This document shows, one piece after another, positions 1-13,689 of a DNA stretch of 64,000 nucleotides (position 1 is the stretch's first letter; the number at the start of each line of letters is the position of its first letter). Made by a program: the position numbers and the translations under genes. Source of the stretch: Octopus sinensis (lineage: Eukaryota); NCBI RefSeq assembly GCF_006345805.1, contig NC_043009.1, positions 48,484,001 to 48,548,000 of the forward strand, given 5' to 3'. The notes below the pieces were generated by a model, which did no database searches, was not told the DNA's origin, and was given only the letters and a program-made list of their open reading frames with translations.

Positions 1-411
1 TCGTTGAAAGCAAACAAATACCTAACGGCACTCGTTATTAGCAACACAATGGTAAGGGGATGTTACTGGAAGACATTAAGAACTAATTAAAAAGAAAATG
101 AATTTTTATGCTTTAGGAAAACATAGCATAATTGGTTCAAACGCATTTGCAAACATGCACATGCATATACAGATACTAAATAATGCAATCATCCACTTTG
201 TTACCATTCCTTATAAATCGTTCAAATATTTACACCTCTGCTTTAAAGAAATATAGTTGCCTTTTCGTCTAGTTCTAAACGCACGTATTCGCACGTATTA
301 TCACTGCACTCACAGAAAAAGGTTTATGCAAAAACATCCAGACATATACACACAAGCACACAGCTGCGTGTGTGTGGTGCATATAAATAGAAATAAATAT
401 ATATGTATATG

Positions 412-482
<71 letters not shown>

Positions 483-691
483 TATATGTATATGCAAGAA
501 TTAAAATCCGATGGAAGGAAAGCCGTCCCTTCTATAGAGACGGAAACATTCAAGTTTCACTGGCTTGGCGGTTTATATATATACAATCTAAATGTATCTA
601 CATTCAATATACAAAAATGAAAAATCTATATTCAGTAAGCAAAAATGAAAATGGAGATTTACGATTGACACATTTTAATTTATTAACACAA

Positions 692-749
<58 letters not shown>

Positions 750-800
750 GTTATTATTATTATATAAATATAATGTAAATATAAATATTTTAATCCTACA

Positions 801-995
801 AATTTTTCAAATCAGACCCAAAAGTAAATTCATAAAAATTCATGTTTATGGGTAAGAATCTCATCAGGGGACTATTGGACAAATATTACATTTAGATCTA
901 TAAATCATCATATATAATTTTTATTTCCCTGATGAGATTCTTACCCATAAACACGTATTTTTATACATTTATTTTTGGGTCTGAATTGAAACAAT
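801..995. repeat. Foldback inverted repeat (about 70-bp arms, about 57-bp spacer), MITE-like
   Basis: GTTTATGGGTAAGAATCTCATCAGGG (844-869) is the exact reverse complement of 927-952; imperfect pairing extends outward to about 801 and 995. Confidence 0.8.
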
Positions 996-1046
996 ATGTA
1001 TGTATACACACACAAACCCGCACATTGATAAGAATATACGCATAAA

Positions 1047-1268
1047 TACGAGGTGATGTTAAAAAGTTGCTGGTTTTCAAGATATTGTGAAAGGTCTGGT
1101 TGGAGGCCAAACCCTTCGAGTTCTTTTACAGGGCTTAGATAAACTGAACTACCGCTGCAATAAATGTACGAATCTGAGAGAGGAATATGTTGAATAAAAT
1201 CATAATTCACTGATCCTCCTATATTTTCTTTTACCCGGAGCCAGTAACTTTTCGGCATACACCACATA
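1047..1268 (+). mobile_element. Mariner-derived MITE / internally deleted mariner
   Basis: Starts TACGAGGTGATGTTAAAAAGTTGCTGG and ends with a degenerate complement (CCAGTAACTTTTCGGCATACACCACATA). The interior matches a mariner transposase C-terminus (QGLDKLNYRCNKCTNLREEYVE*). Confidence 0.65.
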
Positions 1269-1624
1269 GATATATATACATATACACTTATGTACATATA
1301 AAGTTATACATATACACTTATAAATACATGCACACACGTGCGTGCGATAGAAACACAAATGTATCGTATCCATTGATAAGAGTATAGATAAAAGACGATG
1401 TCTGTTTCTCGGTCATGAAATAAGATTCTCATTTTCAGGGAACCTTTCTCAAATTTGTTCTTAAGTCGACACTCATCCCAAGGATGGTAACTGAACGAAA
1501 CAAAGCAGACGACGTTCTGAGACGTAAAACAGTGAACGTTCTAGAAAACCCAAATTATGGCTCATCCTGGTAGATGAAGTGGTGTGGTAGCTTAGTCGAC
1601 GCGTTAGTGTAAGATATACTGCTA

Positions 1625-1947
1625 TCTGTTTCAGTCATTAGATTGCAGCCATGCTAGTGAAATTAATCGATCAATTACTTCGTTTTGAAGCCTGATACTT
1701 ATTACATCGATTCCTTTACCATACCGCTAAGTTACAAGACATAAACACAGCAATACCCATATAAAACACACACATGTATATTATATAACACCTTATATAT
1801 TATATAACGGGTTTCTTTCAGTTTCTTTCAGATTTAGTTGGCCCGACGCTATAGTAGAAGCCACTTATTCAAGGTGCCACGCAGTGAGGCTTAAACCAGA
1901 ACTATGTCATTGGGAAGCAAGCTTCTTACCACACACCCACGCCTGCC
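1625..1947 (-). mobile_element. tRNA-derived SINE family A, degenerate copy
   Basis: Reverse complement of the head (AGGTGCCACGCAGTGAGG...CTTACCACAC) and tail (TTTCAGTCATT..CAGCCATGC) seen in the intact copies at 7880 and 60070. Confidence 0.75.
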
Positions 1948-2204
1948 CCTATATATATAGATATATATATATATATATAATATATATATATATAATTATA
2001 CATATATATAATAAATATTAGGGAATAAATCCAAATTTACAGGGAAAAAATCAGATTTAGGATTAAATCCAATTTTATAGTAAAATATTATAAAATATTA
2101 TTAGAGACAAAACCACTATTTTGCAAAACAAACAAGGAAAGACTTATACAAATTGTTTCGGAGTCTAATTATTTCCAAAGATAAAAACGTCTTATATATA
2201 TGTT

Positions 2205-2366
2205 TCATCATCATCATCATCATCATCATCATTTAACGTCCGCTTTCCATGCTAGCATGGGTTGGACGGTTCAACTGGGGTCTGGGGAGCCCGAAGGCTG
2301 CATCAGGCCAGTCAGATCTGGCAGTGTTTCTACAGCTGGATGCCCTTCCTAACGCCAACCACTCCG
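2205..2366 (-). mobile_element. 3' end of a SINE/LINE with an RTE-like tail and (TGA)n terminal repeat
   Basis: (CAT)n followed by TTTAACGTCCGCTTTCCATGC and ...GGATGCCCTTCCTAACGCCAACC, a motif typical of RTE-tail SINEs; assigned by recognition only. Confidence 0.55.
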
Positions 2367-2844
2367 ATATATATATATATAATATATAATATATATATAT
2401 ATATTATATATATAATATGTGTGTGTATGTATGCATATATATATACACTGACAATATTAAAAATAAAGATTACTCCGAAGAAGCTATACCATTACCTTTA
2501 ATTCTATAATTATATGCTGCCTTTTAAGACATTGTTGGATTTGCATGTTAATTGTTGAATAACATGTTTTGAATACCTGAGATCAAACTGGTAATCGTTT
2601 CTGATTAACTCCTGCTGTTTTACTAAAATATGTATGTGTGTATGTGTGTGTGTGTGTCTGTTGCAAAAGACTTCAGTTTAGAGAATGTCACATTTGCACA
2701 GGGATGTTTCAGTAGATTATCTGCTGCACAGAAAAAACACTTCTATCACTGCCATTACTTCTGCTACCATTTCTGTCACTTATCGCCTAACCACATCACC
2801 TGACCACCACTTTGAAGATTTCGTTCGCTTTTTCCGATCATCAG

Positions 2845-2848
2845 CGTC

Positions 2849-2908
<60 letters not shown>

Positions 2909-3255
2909 TGCAGCTGCAGCAGCATCGACAGGACAAATTTACACTGTTGCCACTACACTTCACTACCGGCGCCAAAACCACCATTACCACTATCTCCACC
3001 ATCACCACCATCGCCATCTCTCTTGCCATCATCACCATCACCGTAACACCACCACCACCACCACCACCATCACCACCACCAGCATCACTACTACCACGAC
3101 ATTCCGTCGCTTCTACCACCACAACCATCACCACCAAGAGAACTACCATCATCATCATCACCACCACCACCACCACCACCACCACCACCACCACCACCAC
3201 CACCACAATTATTATTCCCAATCCTAAACCACAACTGCCACCACAACATCAAGCT
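2845..3255. repeat. Compound trinucleotide microsatellite (ATC)n/(ACC)n
   Basis: Directly visible; it accounts for the poly-H/T/S ORFs in the track. Confidence 0.95.
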
Positions 3256-3726
3256 TCATAACAGTCACCTACAGCCAGAGCACTCATTCCTCTTCCCGTT
3301 CCGTACTAGTGTCCTATCCACCCACTCACCAATTCCTTAATCCTTCTTTGAAAGTAATCAGTCTTATAATTACTTTTCTTTGACAATGTGATTCCTTAAT
3401 GGAATTAGCCATATTTTACCTCGTTTCTGTTTCGTTAATATTTCATAGGATCCAGCAGGACTTAATCAGGCACTTCTCCTACAATAAATATGATCTCATG
3501 TCTCCGCTCTCCACTTCCTTCCCATAATCCAATAACCAAATGACCAGGCGAATAAGAAACCTACCAATCAACGAATCAGCTAACTAACCAAAACTAATTC
3601 TGATCTTTGACGCCTGTTGCGATTTAATACACTGGAATACTGAGTCTTGAAACAACAAGTTTTCTTGTACCGGTCAGTGTTGTTGCGGTTGTTATTAGTG
3701 GTGGTGGTGATATTATTATTAATATT

Positions 3727-3935
3727 AAGGCGGCGAGCTGGCAGAAACGTTAGCACGTCGGACGAAATGCTTAGTGGTACTTAGTCTGTCGCTACGCTTT
3801 CAGTTCAAATTCCGACGAGGTCCACTTTGCCTTTCATCCTTTCTGAGTCGATAAATTAAATACCAGTTATATACTTGGTCGATGTAATCGGCTAGTCCTC
3901 TGATCCGAAATTTCAGGCCTTTGCCTTTAGTAGAA
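3727..3935 (+). mobile_element. tRNA-derived SINE family B
   Basis: AAGGCGGCGAGCTGGCAGAAACGTTAGCAC head, B-box-like GTTCAAATTCC and TTTGCCTTTCATCC core; repeated more than 10 times in the window. Confidence 0.85.
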
Positions 3936-3944
3936 AGGATTATT

Positions 3945-3975
<31 letters not shown>

Positions 3976-4000
3976 TTATTATTGTATAGAAGCAGCAGCG

Positions 4001-4124
<124 letters not shown>

Positions 4125-4722
4125 TGTCCTTCATATGATTTCCAACTGCATCGGGTAGCGGGGCCCTGGGTCGGGTTGGCCTACATTTTGGAGAGCGTAA
4201 AATCACACCCTTAGCAACCATTCTTCCCAGGACTATTCTGACCCGGAATCATAAAACCCATCAGACTCCCCCGAGATTTAGGTTAATTTGCATGGGTAGT
4301 TTCTTCCATACTCTGAAAATTCTGAGCGGAAGAAATGTTTTTTTTTTCCGAATGTGTTAGGCGTTATGCAATTCTATTATTTTCATAAGCATGACACCGA
4401 GTAATAGCAGTGTTGAACTAAAAAAGCGAACTGAGGTTATTATTGGAAAGTTGGTGGGTAATCCTGGGAGCTTCTAGCAAGTCAGCTGTTAGACGTCGAA
4501 ATTGTTTGGATACCCAAAGGAGCAATGCTTTCAAAATACGGTTACTATACACACACACACACAAATATAGATCATTTTATATAATGTGGCGTGGAATTCC
4601 TTGTTTAAATTGTAGTTTAGGAATAAATATTAATATATTTTGAATTAAAATTTGATTATACTTTGGAAATTCATATACATAAGAATAAGAAAACACACTC
4701 ACACACTTGGGCACACACAATC

Positions 4723-4841
4723 ACAAACGGCCATATCACGTTGAAAGCACCGGTTCTCGTCCGATCACCGAAGTTAAGCAACGTTCAGCCTAGTTACTAC
4801 TTAGATGGGTGACTGCTTGGGAAACCTAGGTGCTGTAAGCA
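4723..4841 (+). pseudogene. 5S rRNA-derived copy (probable pseudogene)
   Basis: ACGGCCATATCACGTTGAAAGCACCGGTTCTCGTCCGATCACCGAAGTTAAGCAACG...GATGGGTGACTGCTTGGGAA..GGTGCTGTAAGC matches the invertebrate 5S consensus over about 119 nt, including boxes A and C. The 5' ACAA cannot pair with the 3' AAGC and there is no oligo-T terminator. Confidence 0.85.
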
Positions 4842-4855
4842 TCACACTAAACCTA

Positions 4856-5256
4856 AGAGTGGCTGTATGGTAAATAGCTTGCTTACAAACGACTTAGTTC
4901 CAGGTTCAGTCCCACTGCGTGGCCCTTTGCGCAAGTGTCTTTTACTATAGCCTCGGGCCGACCAAAGCCTTGTGAATGGATTTGGTAGACAGAAGCTGAA
5001 AGAAGCCTGTCGTATATATGTACATATACATATATGTATGTGTGTGTATATGTTTGTGCGTCTGTATTTGTCCCCCAAGATCGCTTGACAACCGATGCTG
5101 GTGTGTTTACGTCTCCATAAACTTACCATTTCGGCAAAAGAGACCGATATAATAAGTACTAGGCTTACAAAGAATAAGTTCTGGGGTAGAATTTGCTCGA
5201 CTAAAGGCGGTGCTCCAGCATGGCGACAGTCACATGACTGAAACAAGTAACAGAGT
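4856..5256 (+). mobile_element. tRNA-derived SINE family A, near full length
   Basis: GTGGCTGTATGGTAAATAGC head, GGTTCAGTCCC B-box-like motif, internal (TA/TG)n, tail GGCGGTGCTCCAGCATGG...GAAACAAGTAA. Confidence 0.9.
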
Positions 5257-6103
5257 ATTGCTCAGCCATTTTTAAGCTGGAATCTTTTCTTCTAAGTTTT
5301 CGATATGTCGATGGCTTATAATGTCCAGCGAAAATGGCAGACGAGATATACGCACATAAAAACACGCACACACGTACACAAACACACATAGCTTTCTCTG
5401 TCTTTGTCTTCCTCTGTCTGTCTGTCTGTCTGTCGGTCTGTCTGTCTGTCTCTCTCTCTCTCTGTATATATATATATATATATGCATATATACATCCATA
5501 CATACATCCATACATATATACATATATACATTCTCACACGCATCCGTTATTTTTATGTATACATTACTGTAAAACTATATCAGTCTTTTTGCATTCGTAT
5601 ACATTCTTGCATTTATATTTATACACACAGATTTATATACACAGATTTCACTCACATCTAAGTAAACTCAAAAACACCCCCCAAAAAACAAAAACCACAA
5701 GATTTTTCAGTCACAAATAAGACATACAGATTCACGCACGCACATAAACACACACATACATACATATACCCAAACACACATATTTATACAATGTATGTAT
5801 ATCATTGTGTGCGTGTGCGCTCTAGTGTGTAATATTACGTGTACATATACATATGTGTATGTGAGTGTGTGTGTATGTGCAGCAGAGCTTATGTGAGTGT
5901 GTGATATGTGCGTATATGTGCGCAAGTGTGCGTATACATATGTACCTGTTCTTGAATGTATGTACCTGAAAATGTTTCCTTGTGTAAAATTGTTATTAAC
6001 AAATCAATTTCGGAAGACGAACCTTAATTTCATGACTGTATATACAACACTCTCCCTCCCTTCCTCTATGTGTACATACATACATACATACATACATACA
6101 CAC

Positions 6104-6146
<43 letters not shown>

Positions 6147-6170
6147 TATACATATATGCATACATATATA

Positions 6171-6201
<31 letters not shown>

Positions 6202-6284
6202 TCATATATGAATACATCTATATATATATGAGTATATATATATATGTATACCTATGTATACATATATGTACGTACGTACATACA

Positions 6285-6319
<35 letters not shown>

Positions 6320-6849
6320 TAATATATAAATATATACATATTTTTTGTCATATACTTTTCTTGTTTTCATATATATATAGTTTACTTAGAATTATTGTTT
6401 TAATTTAAAAAATAGAAAAAAAAACTCCAGCAAAAACAATATTTTTTCTGATTTCTTATTATTTTATTGCAAATTCGTACAAAATATCGTATTACGTTAG
6501 TGATGTGTGAAAAATGAATATAAATTTCCTTTCTCCACGGTCGACCAGAGATAACTTACTGTATGAGACGTGTTATTGAAGAGTGCTAGCTTCTACAGTT
6601 CAAGACATATGTATGTAACCCTATTTATAACATCATCATCACCAACACCAACATCAGTATCAGCAGCAGTGATAGTAGGCGTCGTAGCAGCAGCACCAGC
6701 AGCAGCGGTAATAGTATCGTGATGTAGAGGAACAAAATGCCAACCCACACAATCTGTCCACCTCTTGGCTGTATGGTAACAGTAGTCTGAACGAGGAAAC
6801 TCATCTTGATATTAGATAAAGCAAATATTAAGTAAAGGATATACAAAAG

Positions 6850-6881
<32 letters not shown>

Positions 6882-6907
6882 CACACATACACAACATACA
6901 CACACAC

Positions 6908-6967
<60 letters not shown>

Positions 6968-7104
6968 TATATATGTAGGTATGTAAGTATGTATGTATGT
7001 ATGTAAGTATATATATATATATATGTATATATAATACATACATAATATATGTACATAGATATATATATATACACACACACACACATATATATATATACTA
7101 TAAA

Positions 7105-7135
<31 letters not shown>

Positions 7136-7241
7136 TATATATATATAATCTAATGTATATATATATACATACATATATATATGTACATAATATATATACA
7201 CACACACACACACATAATATATATACATATACATATAATAT

Positions 7242-7292
<51 letters not shown>

Positions 7293-7686
7293 ATATATAT
7301 ATGTATATATTATGTATGTGTGTGTGTGTGGTGTATTATGTATATCAGTCTCTGTGTCCTCTGTTTCTGACTCTTTCTCGATGAAGCGAAAATTGGAGAA
7401 AGGAATCTAGTTTTATATTCTTAGAATTCATCTGGCTTCACTTATTGGTAGGCGAACACGCTAGGCACCAATTTTAGTCGACCGTATCGACCCCATTACT
7501 TGTCTTAGTCTGGTACCTAACTGCATTGTTCGCTACTTCTTGCACCAATAGTTTCCGTGATACAACGGGGCCAACAATAAAAGACAACACCTGTTATTTC
7601 AACCTGTACAAACATACGCGCACTTCTATATATCTGTGTATGACTGCGTACACACACACACACACACACACAAAAAAAAACCAAAA

Positions 7687-7717
<31 letters not shown>

Positions 7718-7879
7718 CTCACACACACTCTCTCTTTTTCTTTCTCACACACATATATTAGTTGGGACAGATGCACCATGTTTTTGCTGTGTTTGACTCT
7801 TCTAAGTATTTTGAATCTATGAAGCTTTTGTTATTAAATAAAGCCACTGAGTTTGAAAGTTTTGTTACCATAACTAGTA

Positions 7880-8285
7880 GGCGCAGGAGTGGCTGTGTGG
7901 TAAGTAGCTTGCTTACCAACCACATGGTTCCGGGTTCAGTCCCACTGCGTGGCATCTTGGGCAAGTGTCTTCTGCTATAGCCTCGTGCCGACCAATGCCT
8001 TGTGAATGGATTTGGCAGACGGAAACTGAAAGAAGCCTGTCGTATATATGTGTGTGTGTATGTTTGTGTGTCTGTGTTTGTCCCCCTGTCATTGCTTAAC
8101 AGCCGATGCTGGTGTATTTATGTCTCCGTCACTTACTTGTTCGTCAAAAAGAGACCGATAGAATAAGTACTGGGCTTACAAAGAATAAGTCCCGGGGTTG
8201 AGTTGCTCGATTAAAGGCGGTGCTCCAGCATGGCCGCAGTCAAATGACTGAAACACGTAAAAGAGAAAAGAGAAAGAGAGAAAAG
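7880..8285 (+). mobile_element. tRNA-derived SINE family A, full length
   Basis: Same consensus, with an (AAAAGAG)n tail. Confidence 0.9.
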
Positions 8286-8295
8286 TGTATGAGTC

Positions 8296-8505
8296 GGCGC
8301 GCTGGCAGAACCGTTACACGTGCCGGGCAAAATACTTAGCGGTATTTAGTCCGTTTTGACGTTCTGAGTTCAAATGCCGCCGAGATCAACTTTGCCTTTC
8401 ATCATTTCGGGATCAATAAAGTACCAATTGAGCTTTGGAGTCGATGTAATAGACTTACCCTGTCTGCAAAATTACTGGATTTGTGTCCAGATTTGAAATC
8501 GATAT
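8296..8505 (+). mobile_element. SINE family B
   Basis: GCTGGCAGAACCGTTA head, GAGTTCAAATGCC and CTTTGCCTTTCATC core. Confidence 0.8.
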
Positions 8506-8999
8506 TAAACATGATCCTGCTGTCTAAGGGCACTGAAATCAACTTGCACGACTGACTATGATTAGGAAAGTAGTCGTAACTCAATTTAACCTGCTACTGG
8601 AGGCCTGCTATTCGGTGGAAAAACACCCTAAATCTATCCTGTTCTTTTACACTTAAACCTGCTCAGAATTTGACTTAATCCAGTTACGTTGAATTAGTTA
8701 AAGTTAACAGTAATAATTGTTTCAAGCTTAATCACAAGGCCAGCAATTTTAGGTGGAAGTAGCTGAGTATTTTGACCTCAGGACTTACTGCTACTGTATT
8801 TTATCGATCTCGAAATAGTGAAAGGCACTGTTAATCCCGGTAGTATTTGGACTCATGCATAAATAAAGTGTAAGCAGAAATGCTGCTATGCAATTTTTCT
8901 GCAACTCTAAAGATACCACCAGTTAGTAGTTTTAGTTAGTGATAAAAGTATCTCTAATTGTGAATAACATACTCCTAGTTAGTGTCTATTTCGTCGCAG

Positions 9000-9300
9000 C
9001 TCCTTCACAAAGAACATAATATATTAGTATATAGTCACATTGTCGAGAATGGAAAGATTGGCTTCTCAGCTAATGACTTTAAAACAAGGTTTTACTCATA
9101 CACATATTCTTTCTTAAATCCAAGTTTTAAGAAGACAAAGTTCTTTTCATCTTTATATGGGATAGTAAAAGATATATTCTATTCAGTAGAAATGATAGGA
9201 CTTATTGCATAAAATCTATCTATTTCACCCAAAGAAACAGAGGTCTCGATTTCTGGAAGGGTCGAGTTATATCACGATATGTTAGCAATACAGATTCTCA
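9000..9300 (+). mobile_element. Degenerate Penelope-like element, GIY-YIG endonuclease remnant
   Basis: IGFSANDFKTRFYSYTYSFLNPS resembles the PLE motif YIGxTxxxFKxRxxxHxxSF; a better-preserved relative lies at 54450. Confidence 0.5.
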
Positions 9301-10296
9301 ATTTGTGATATGAATAAAGAAACAACATTTTCTTTGCTTTGAGGAAATTTCTTTATCTAGCTACTATAATCAATTTTCTCCATTTGCCCCACATCTTACG
9401 ATAAGGCTATATAATCATTATTATAAGATTTACGAAACTCTGAATTATATTCAGAAATTATCTAACCATGCTAAATGCATTATGAAGCACATAGTACTTA
9501 ATATCTTACTTCAAGTTATTTGTCATTGAAATAAACTAAAAGAATTTAGTTTGTAATGTTTCACTTCAGTTCATTAGGGTTTTTGCAACTGCATCAATAT
9601 TTAACGAGTACATTCACAATCAATAAGCGGAAGAGTAAAAATATGAAAGTTTTTTCCAAAAATCAATATGTAAGGCATTATTTTTGTTTCCGATGTTCTT
9701 AGAAAAGAGTTTGTTTATTTGTTAGAAACCAGTTCATCCCACAATTAGAGGAAGGAATCAAATTATAAAGACACTACATACTAATATATACACATAAATG
9801 TATACGGGAATATGTACATATATACATACATATATAAATATATATATACACACACAAACAAACGTATGTATGTGTGTATGTGTGTATGTGTGTAAAATGT
9901 GTGCACATACATATATACACACTTCCATGAAAAATATGATGATCTTATTCAGCAAAATTTAGTTTTATAAAGGTTACGAACTGGAAAAGCTTCGTGTGAT
10001 GGGAGTAGAACGTGAGTGTTCGCCTCACAGCACACAAACATCTATCATTTTATAAAATTCGTTTAGTTGTATGTAATAAGTTTATACAGGCTTTCGCCTT
10101 TGTTGAAGACGAGGGAAATTGTTCTGTAAAGCACTATACTCCTCTCTCTCTCTCTCTCCCTCTCCCTCTCTCACATAGATACATAAATGTCCTTCGTACA
10201 CCAATCTTTCTAACACTTTCATTTCTAACTGCCACTTTCAATTTCCTTCCAATAAAATCTCCCCTTTATTCTCTCCCTACCTCCTTAACTCTCTCT

Positions 10297-10396
10297 CTCA
10301 CCCTATCTCTCACTCTCTCACCCTATCTCTTACTCTCTCACCCTATCTCTCACTCTCTCACCCTATCTCTCACTCTCTCACCCTATCTCTCACTCT
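10297..10396. repeat. 20-bp minisatellite x5 (CTCACCCTATCTCTCACTCT)
   Basis: Five adjacent near-identical units are visible. Confidence 0.9.
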
Positions 10397-10720
10397 CTCT
10401 TTTCTATCTGTCATTCCACTTCGTGCTCTTTTTATTCCCTTCTCTCTCCCCATCGCTCTCCCAGCTTTCTCCCCCCTCTCCCCCTCTTTACATTTCTTTC
10501 TACCCCCCTCTTTCTCTTTCGTAGATTATCATCACGTGAATCGCTGTTTCTGGATATAGCCGGTGTTTAATATGTACGTCTATACCTTCAATGGAATATA
10601 TCGATAAGAAGAGTATTGGTGTTCGGAAGGTCACATCTACGTTGGCAAAAATGTTAGAAATACAAAATTCGTTGTTAAAAAAAGCAAACTGTATGATCCA
10701 AGAGGACATATATATATATA

Positions 10721-11013
10721 TCACCGTGATCACCGTGACCGACCAGGCTATCAGATGTTGCTACACATCGCTGGTCACAATGCGCTTCGCATTGTTTTAG
10801 CCTTCAAATGACGCCACCCCGCTGGCTAAGCGAGCAGGCCACCAGAAGAAAGAGTGAGAGAAAGTTGTAGCGAAAGAGTACAGCAGGGATCGCCACCACA
10901 CCCTGCCGGAGCCTCGTGGAATTTTTGGTGTTTTCGCTCAATAAACACTCACAACGCCCTGTCTGGGAATCGAAACTGCGAGTCCGCTGCCCTAACCACT
11001 GGGCCATTGCGTC
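10721..11013 (-). mobile_element. tRNA-derived SINE family C
   Basis: Reverse complement of 59346-59640 (tRNA-like head GCAATGGCCCAGTGGTTAGGGCAGC, TTCGATTCCC; tail GGTCACGGTGATCACGGTGATA). Confidence 0.85.
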
Positions 11014-11015
11014 CG

Positions 11016-11072
<57 letters not shown>

Positions 11073-11661
11073 TAGTGGAAGGGAGGTGCGTCGACGAGGA
11101 ACACATGATCCGCTTGTTCAGAACAACTTTCGGGCCGGGACCTATGGACAATCACCAGAGATCCCTGGCCTAGCAGCGCTATCGAGAAGCATTACCCGTT
11201 CGAGATAAGCCCTATAGGCACGGTTCGAGACACACCGGACCGTCTTGACCGAGATGCGGTCAGAGCGACGAAACCGTTCTGCACGCATTCGTGCAGTGTC
11301 CAACCATTTCGGACCTGCAGGCTTATGCCGGAAGGTTACTGTCATGTGGGGGACGACTTCGCTTGTGGGCCGAGTCTATCGTGAAAAATTGCTCCACCAC
11401 CTTCCCTTAACCGGGAAGGCAAGGCCGTCTTCATCGGACTGGTGGCCATGGTGAACGAATGTGAGTGGTGGACTCGAGCGAAAGGATTAGGGACAAATAT
11501 CTCTCTGGCTAATCGATTGTCAACTTTTTCAAGTACCACTTGAAAAGGAAGGTGAGAATAGAGAGGCAAGATTTGTTTGTGAAAGTTTCAATAAAAGGTG
11601 GGAGAATGTAGCAAAGATTGTACATGAAAGTGACGAAACCACTTTGAGCATGATCCTATAA
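11073..11661 (+). mobile_element. 5'-truncated non-LTR retrotransposon (Tx1/L1-like), ORF2 C-terminal remnant
   Basis: GC-rich island translating, across stops and frameshifts, to ...SLA*QRYREALPVRDKPYRHG..(C>*)PRCGQSDETVLHAFVQC (CX2CX8HX4C knuckle, 11246-11299)...FFKYHLKRKVR...RWENVAK...LSMIL*; followed by an (AG)n tract. Confidence 0.75.
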
Positions 11662-11665
11662 ATCG

Positions 11666-11703
<38 letters not shown>

Positions 11704-11769
11704 ACTTTGCTCTCATGTGTTTATTCCATCCCTGCCTGAGGTTACCGAGGTCTTTTCCGTAGGCTTTTC

Positions 11770-11830
<61 letters not shown>

Positions 11831-12591
11831 ATCTATCTATCTATCTATCCGTCTGTCTGTTTGTCTGTATATCTGTTTGTCTATCTGTCTTTTTGTCGGT
11901 CTGATTCTATCTCTCTTTCTCTCTCTCTCTCTCTCTATGCATTTATGCGCAGGCGTGGCTGTGTAGTACAAAGTTTACTTCCTAACCACATGGTTTCCGG
12001 TTCACTCTCAAATACACTGTTAGTGTATTTGATAGACGGGATCTGAAAGTAGCTCGTCGTATAAATTTGTGTGCGTGAGTGTATGCGTGTTGGTTGGTGT
12101 GTGTCTGTGTTTGTTTGTGTGCATCTGAGTGAGTGTTTGTGAATATACGTATGTACGTGTGCTTCTATGGTTATAAATTTCATTCAAATAATAAACGCAA
12201 TACACAGAATAACATTTTTCGTAAAAATTAACTCCAACTTTGCCAAAAGGTCCCTGTTCTGTGATTATCAAATTAAATTATTATGTGAATTTAAAAACTG
12301 AATTTAGAGAAAATTACAGAACAAAGACAGAATTTGCCAAACAGAATTGTTAAAATATAGCTCAGACACATCAACAGAGATATAAAAACGAGACTAAAAT
12401 ATGGTTCTAAGATTTATTGCGCCTATAATTTGGGTGGAAAAATTTGGAAGTGTTGCCAGCATTCTGGAAATACACCAGGGTGTTTTTTGTTTATACAACT
12501 TCTCATCTTCTCTCCCTATACATACATTAATACACATATACATACTATACATACATAGACACAAATATATATATATTAGAATACATTTATA

Positions 12592-12687
<96 letters not shown>

Positions 12688-12739
12688 TGCATATTCGAGT
12701 ATATTTGAATAAATATTTATATGCATACATATATCCATT

Positions 12740-12770
<31 letters not shown>

Positions 12771-13573
12771 TATAATATTATATATATATATATGTATATA
12801 TATACATATATATATATATACATATTTATATATGTGTGTATATATATAATGTTCATGTACGTAGTTGAGTATATGTGTACATACATACATACATATATAT
12901 ATATATACGTATTTTTGTTTGTTAATGTGTGCAAATGTAAATGTTTTGACTAATCCTATTTTAATAATGATAAATTATATTTATATCTATAACTATATGA
13001 ACAAATCAATATATCAATATCTTAATACATCAATACACACACACACACACAAACACATATTTTTATATTCATACATACTTACATACATACATCTACATAT
13101 ATATGCATATTTATGTATAGCTATATATATATATATATATATACATCACACATCATTATATGCACGAACCCACGCATATAGACTCATATAGACGTGTTTG
13201 TACGAACGAAATATGTATGAGTATTGTTATATACTCATTTCATAAACATACACACATACATACATACATACATACATACATACATACATACATACATACA
13301 TACATACATACATACATACATACTTACAGACAGACATAAATACATATATACATACATAAATGTTTACTGTTATGTTCTGTAGTGTAAAAAATAAATGTGT
13401 AGAATAAATTGTGTAGAGTTGAAAATCTGATATATATTTAATTATGTGTTGGGTAAACAGTGATTATATTAGCGGAACACATTTTCATTTAATCGGACTA
13501 TCGTTCATCTGCACACAGCACTCTGATATATATATATATATATATATAATATATATATATCTGTATATGTATA

Positions 13574-13632
<59 letters not shown>

Positions 13633-13689
13633 CACACATACATACATGTGTATGAGTATGTATATATAACCGGCACTCGCAAGTAAGTA

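Noticed and set aside
2020-2192. (TA)n-flanked repeat with CTCCGAAAC on the minus strand
   Set aside because: No CUGANGA box is recognisable; too degenerate to call, though it may be a PLE-type end.
4284-4291. Octamer ATTTGCAT upstream of the 5S copy
   Set aside because: A single 8-mer about 440 bp away; 5S uses an internal promoter, so chance occurrence is likely.
10297-10396. Regular 20-bp repeats as a CRISPR-like array
   Set aside because: The units are contiguous with no spacers; this is a CT-rich minisatellite in a eukaryotic context.
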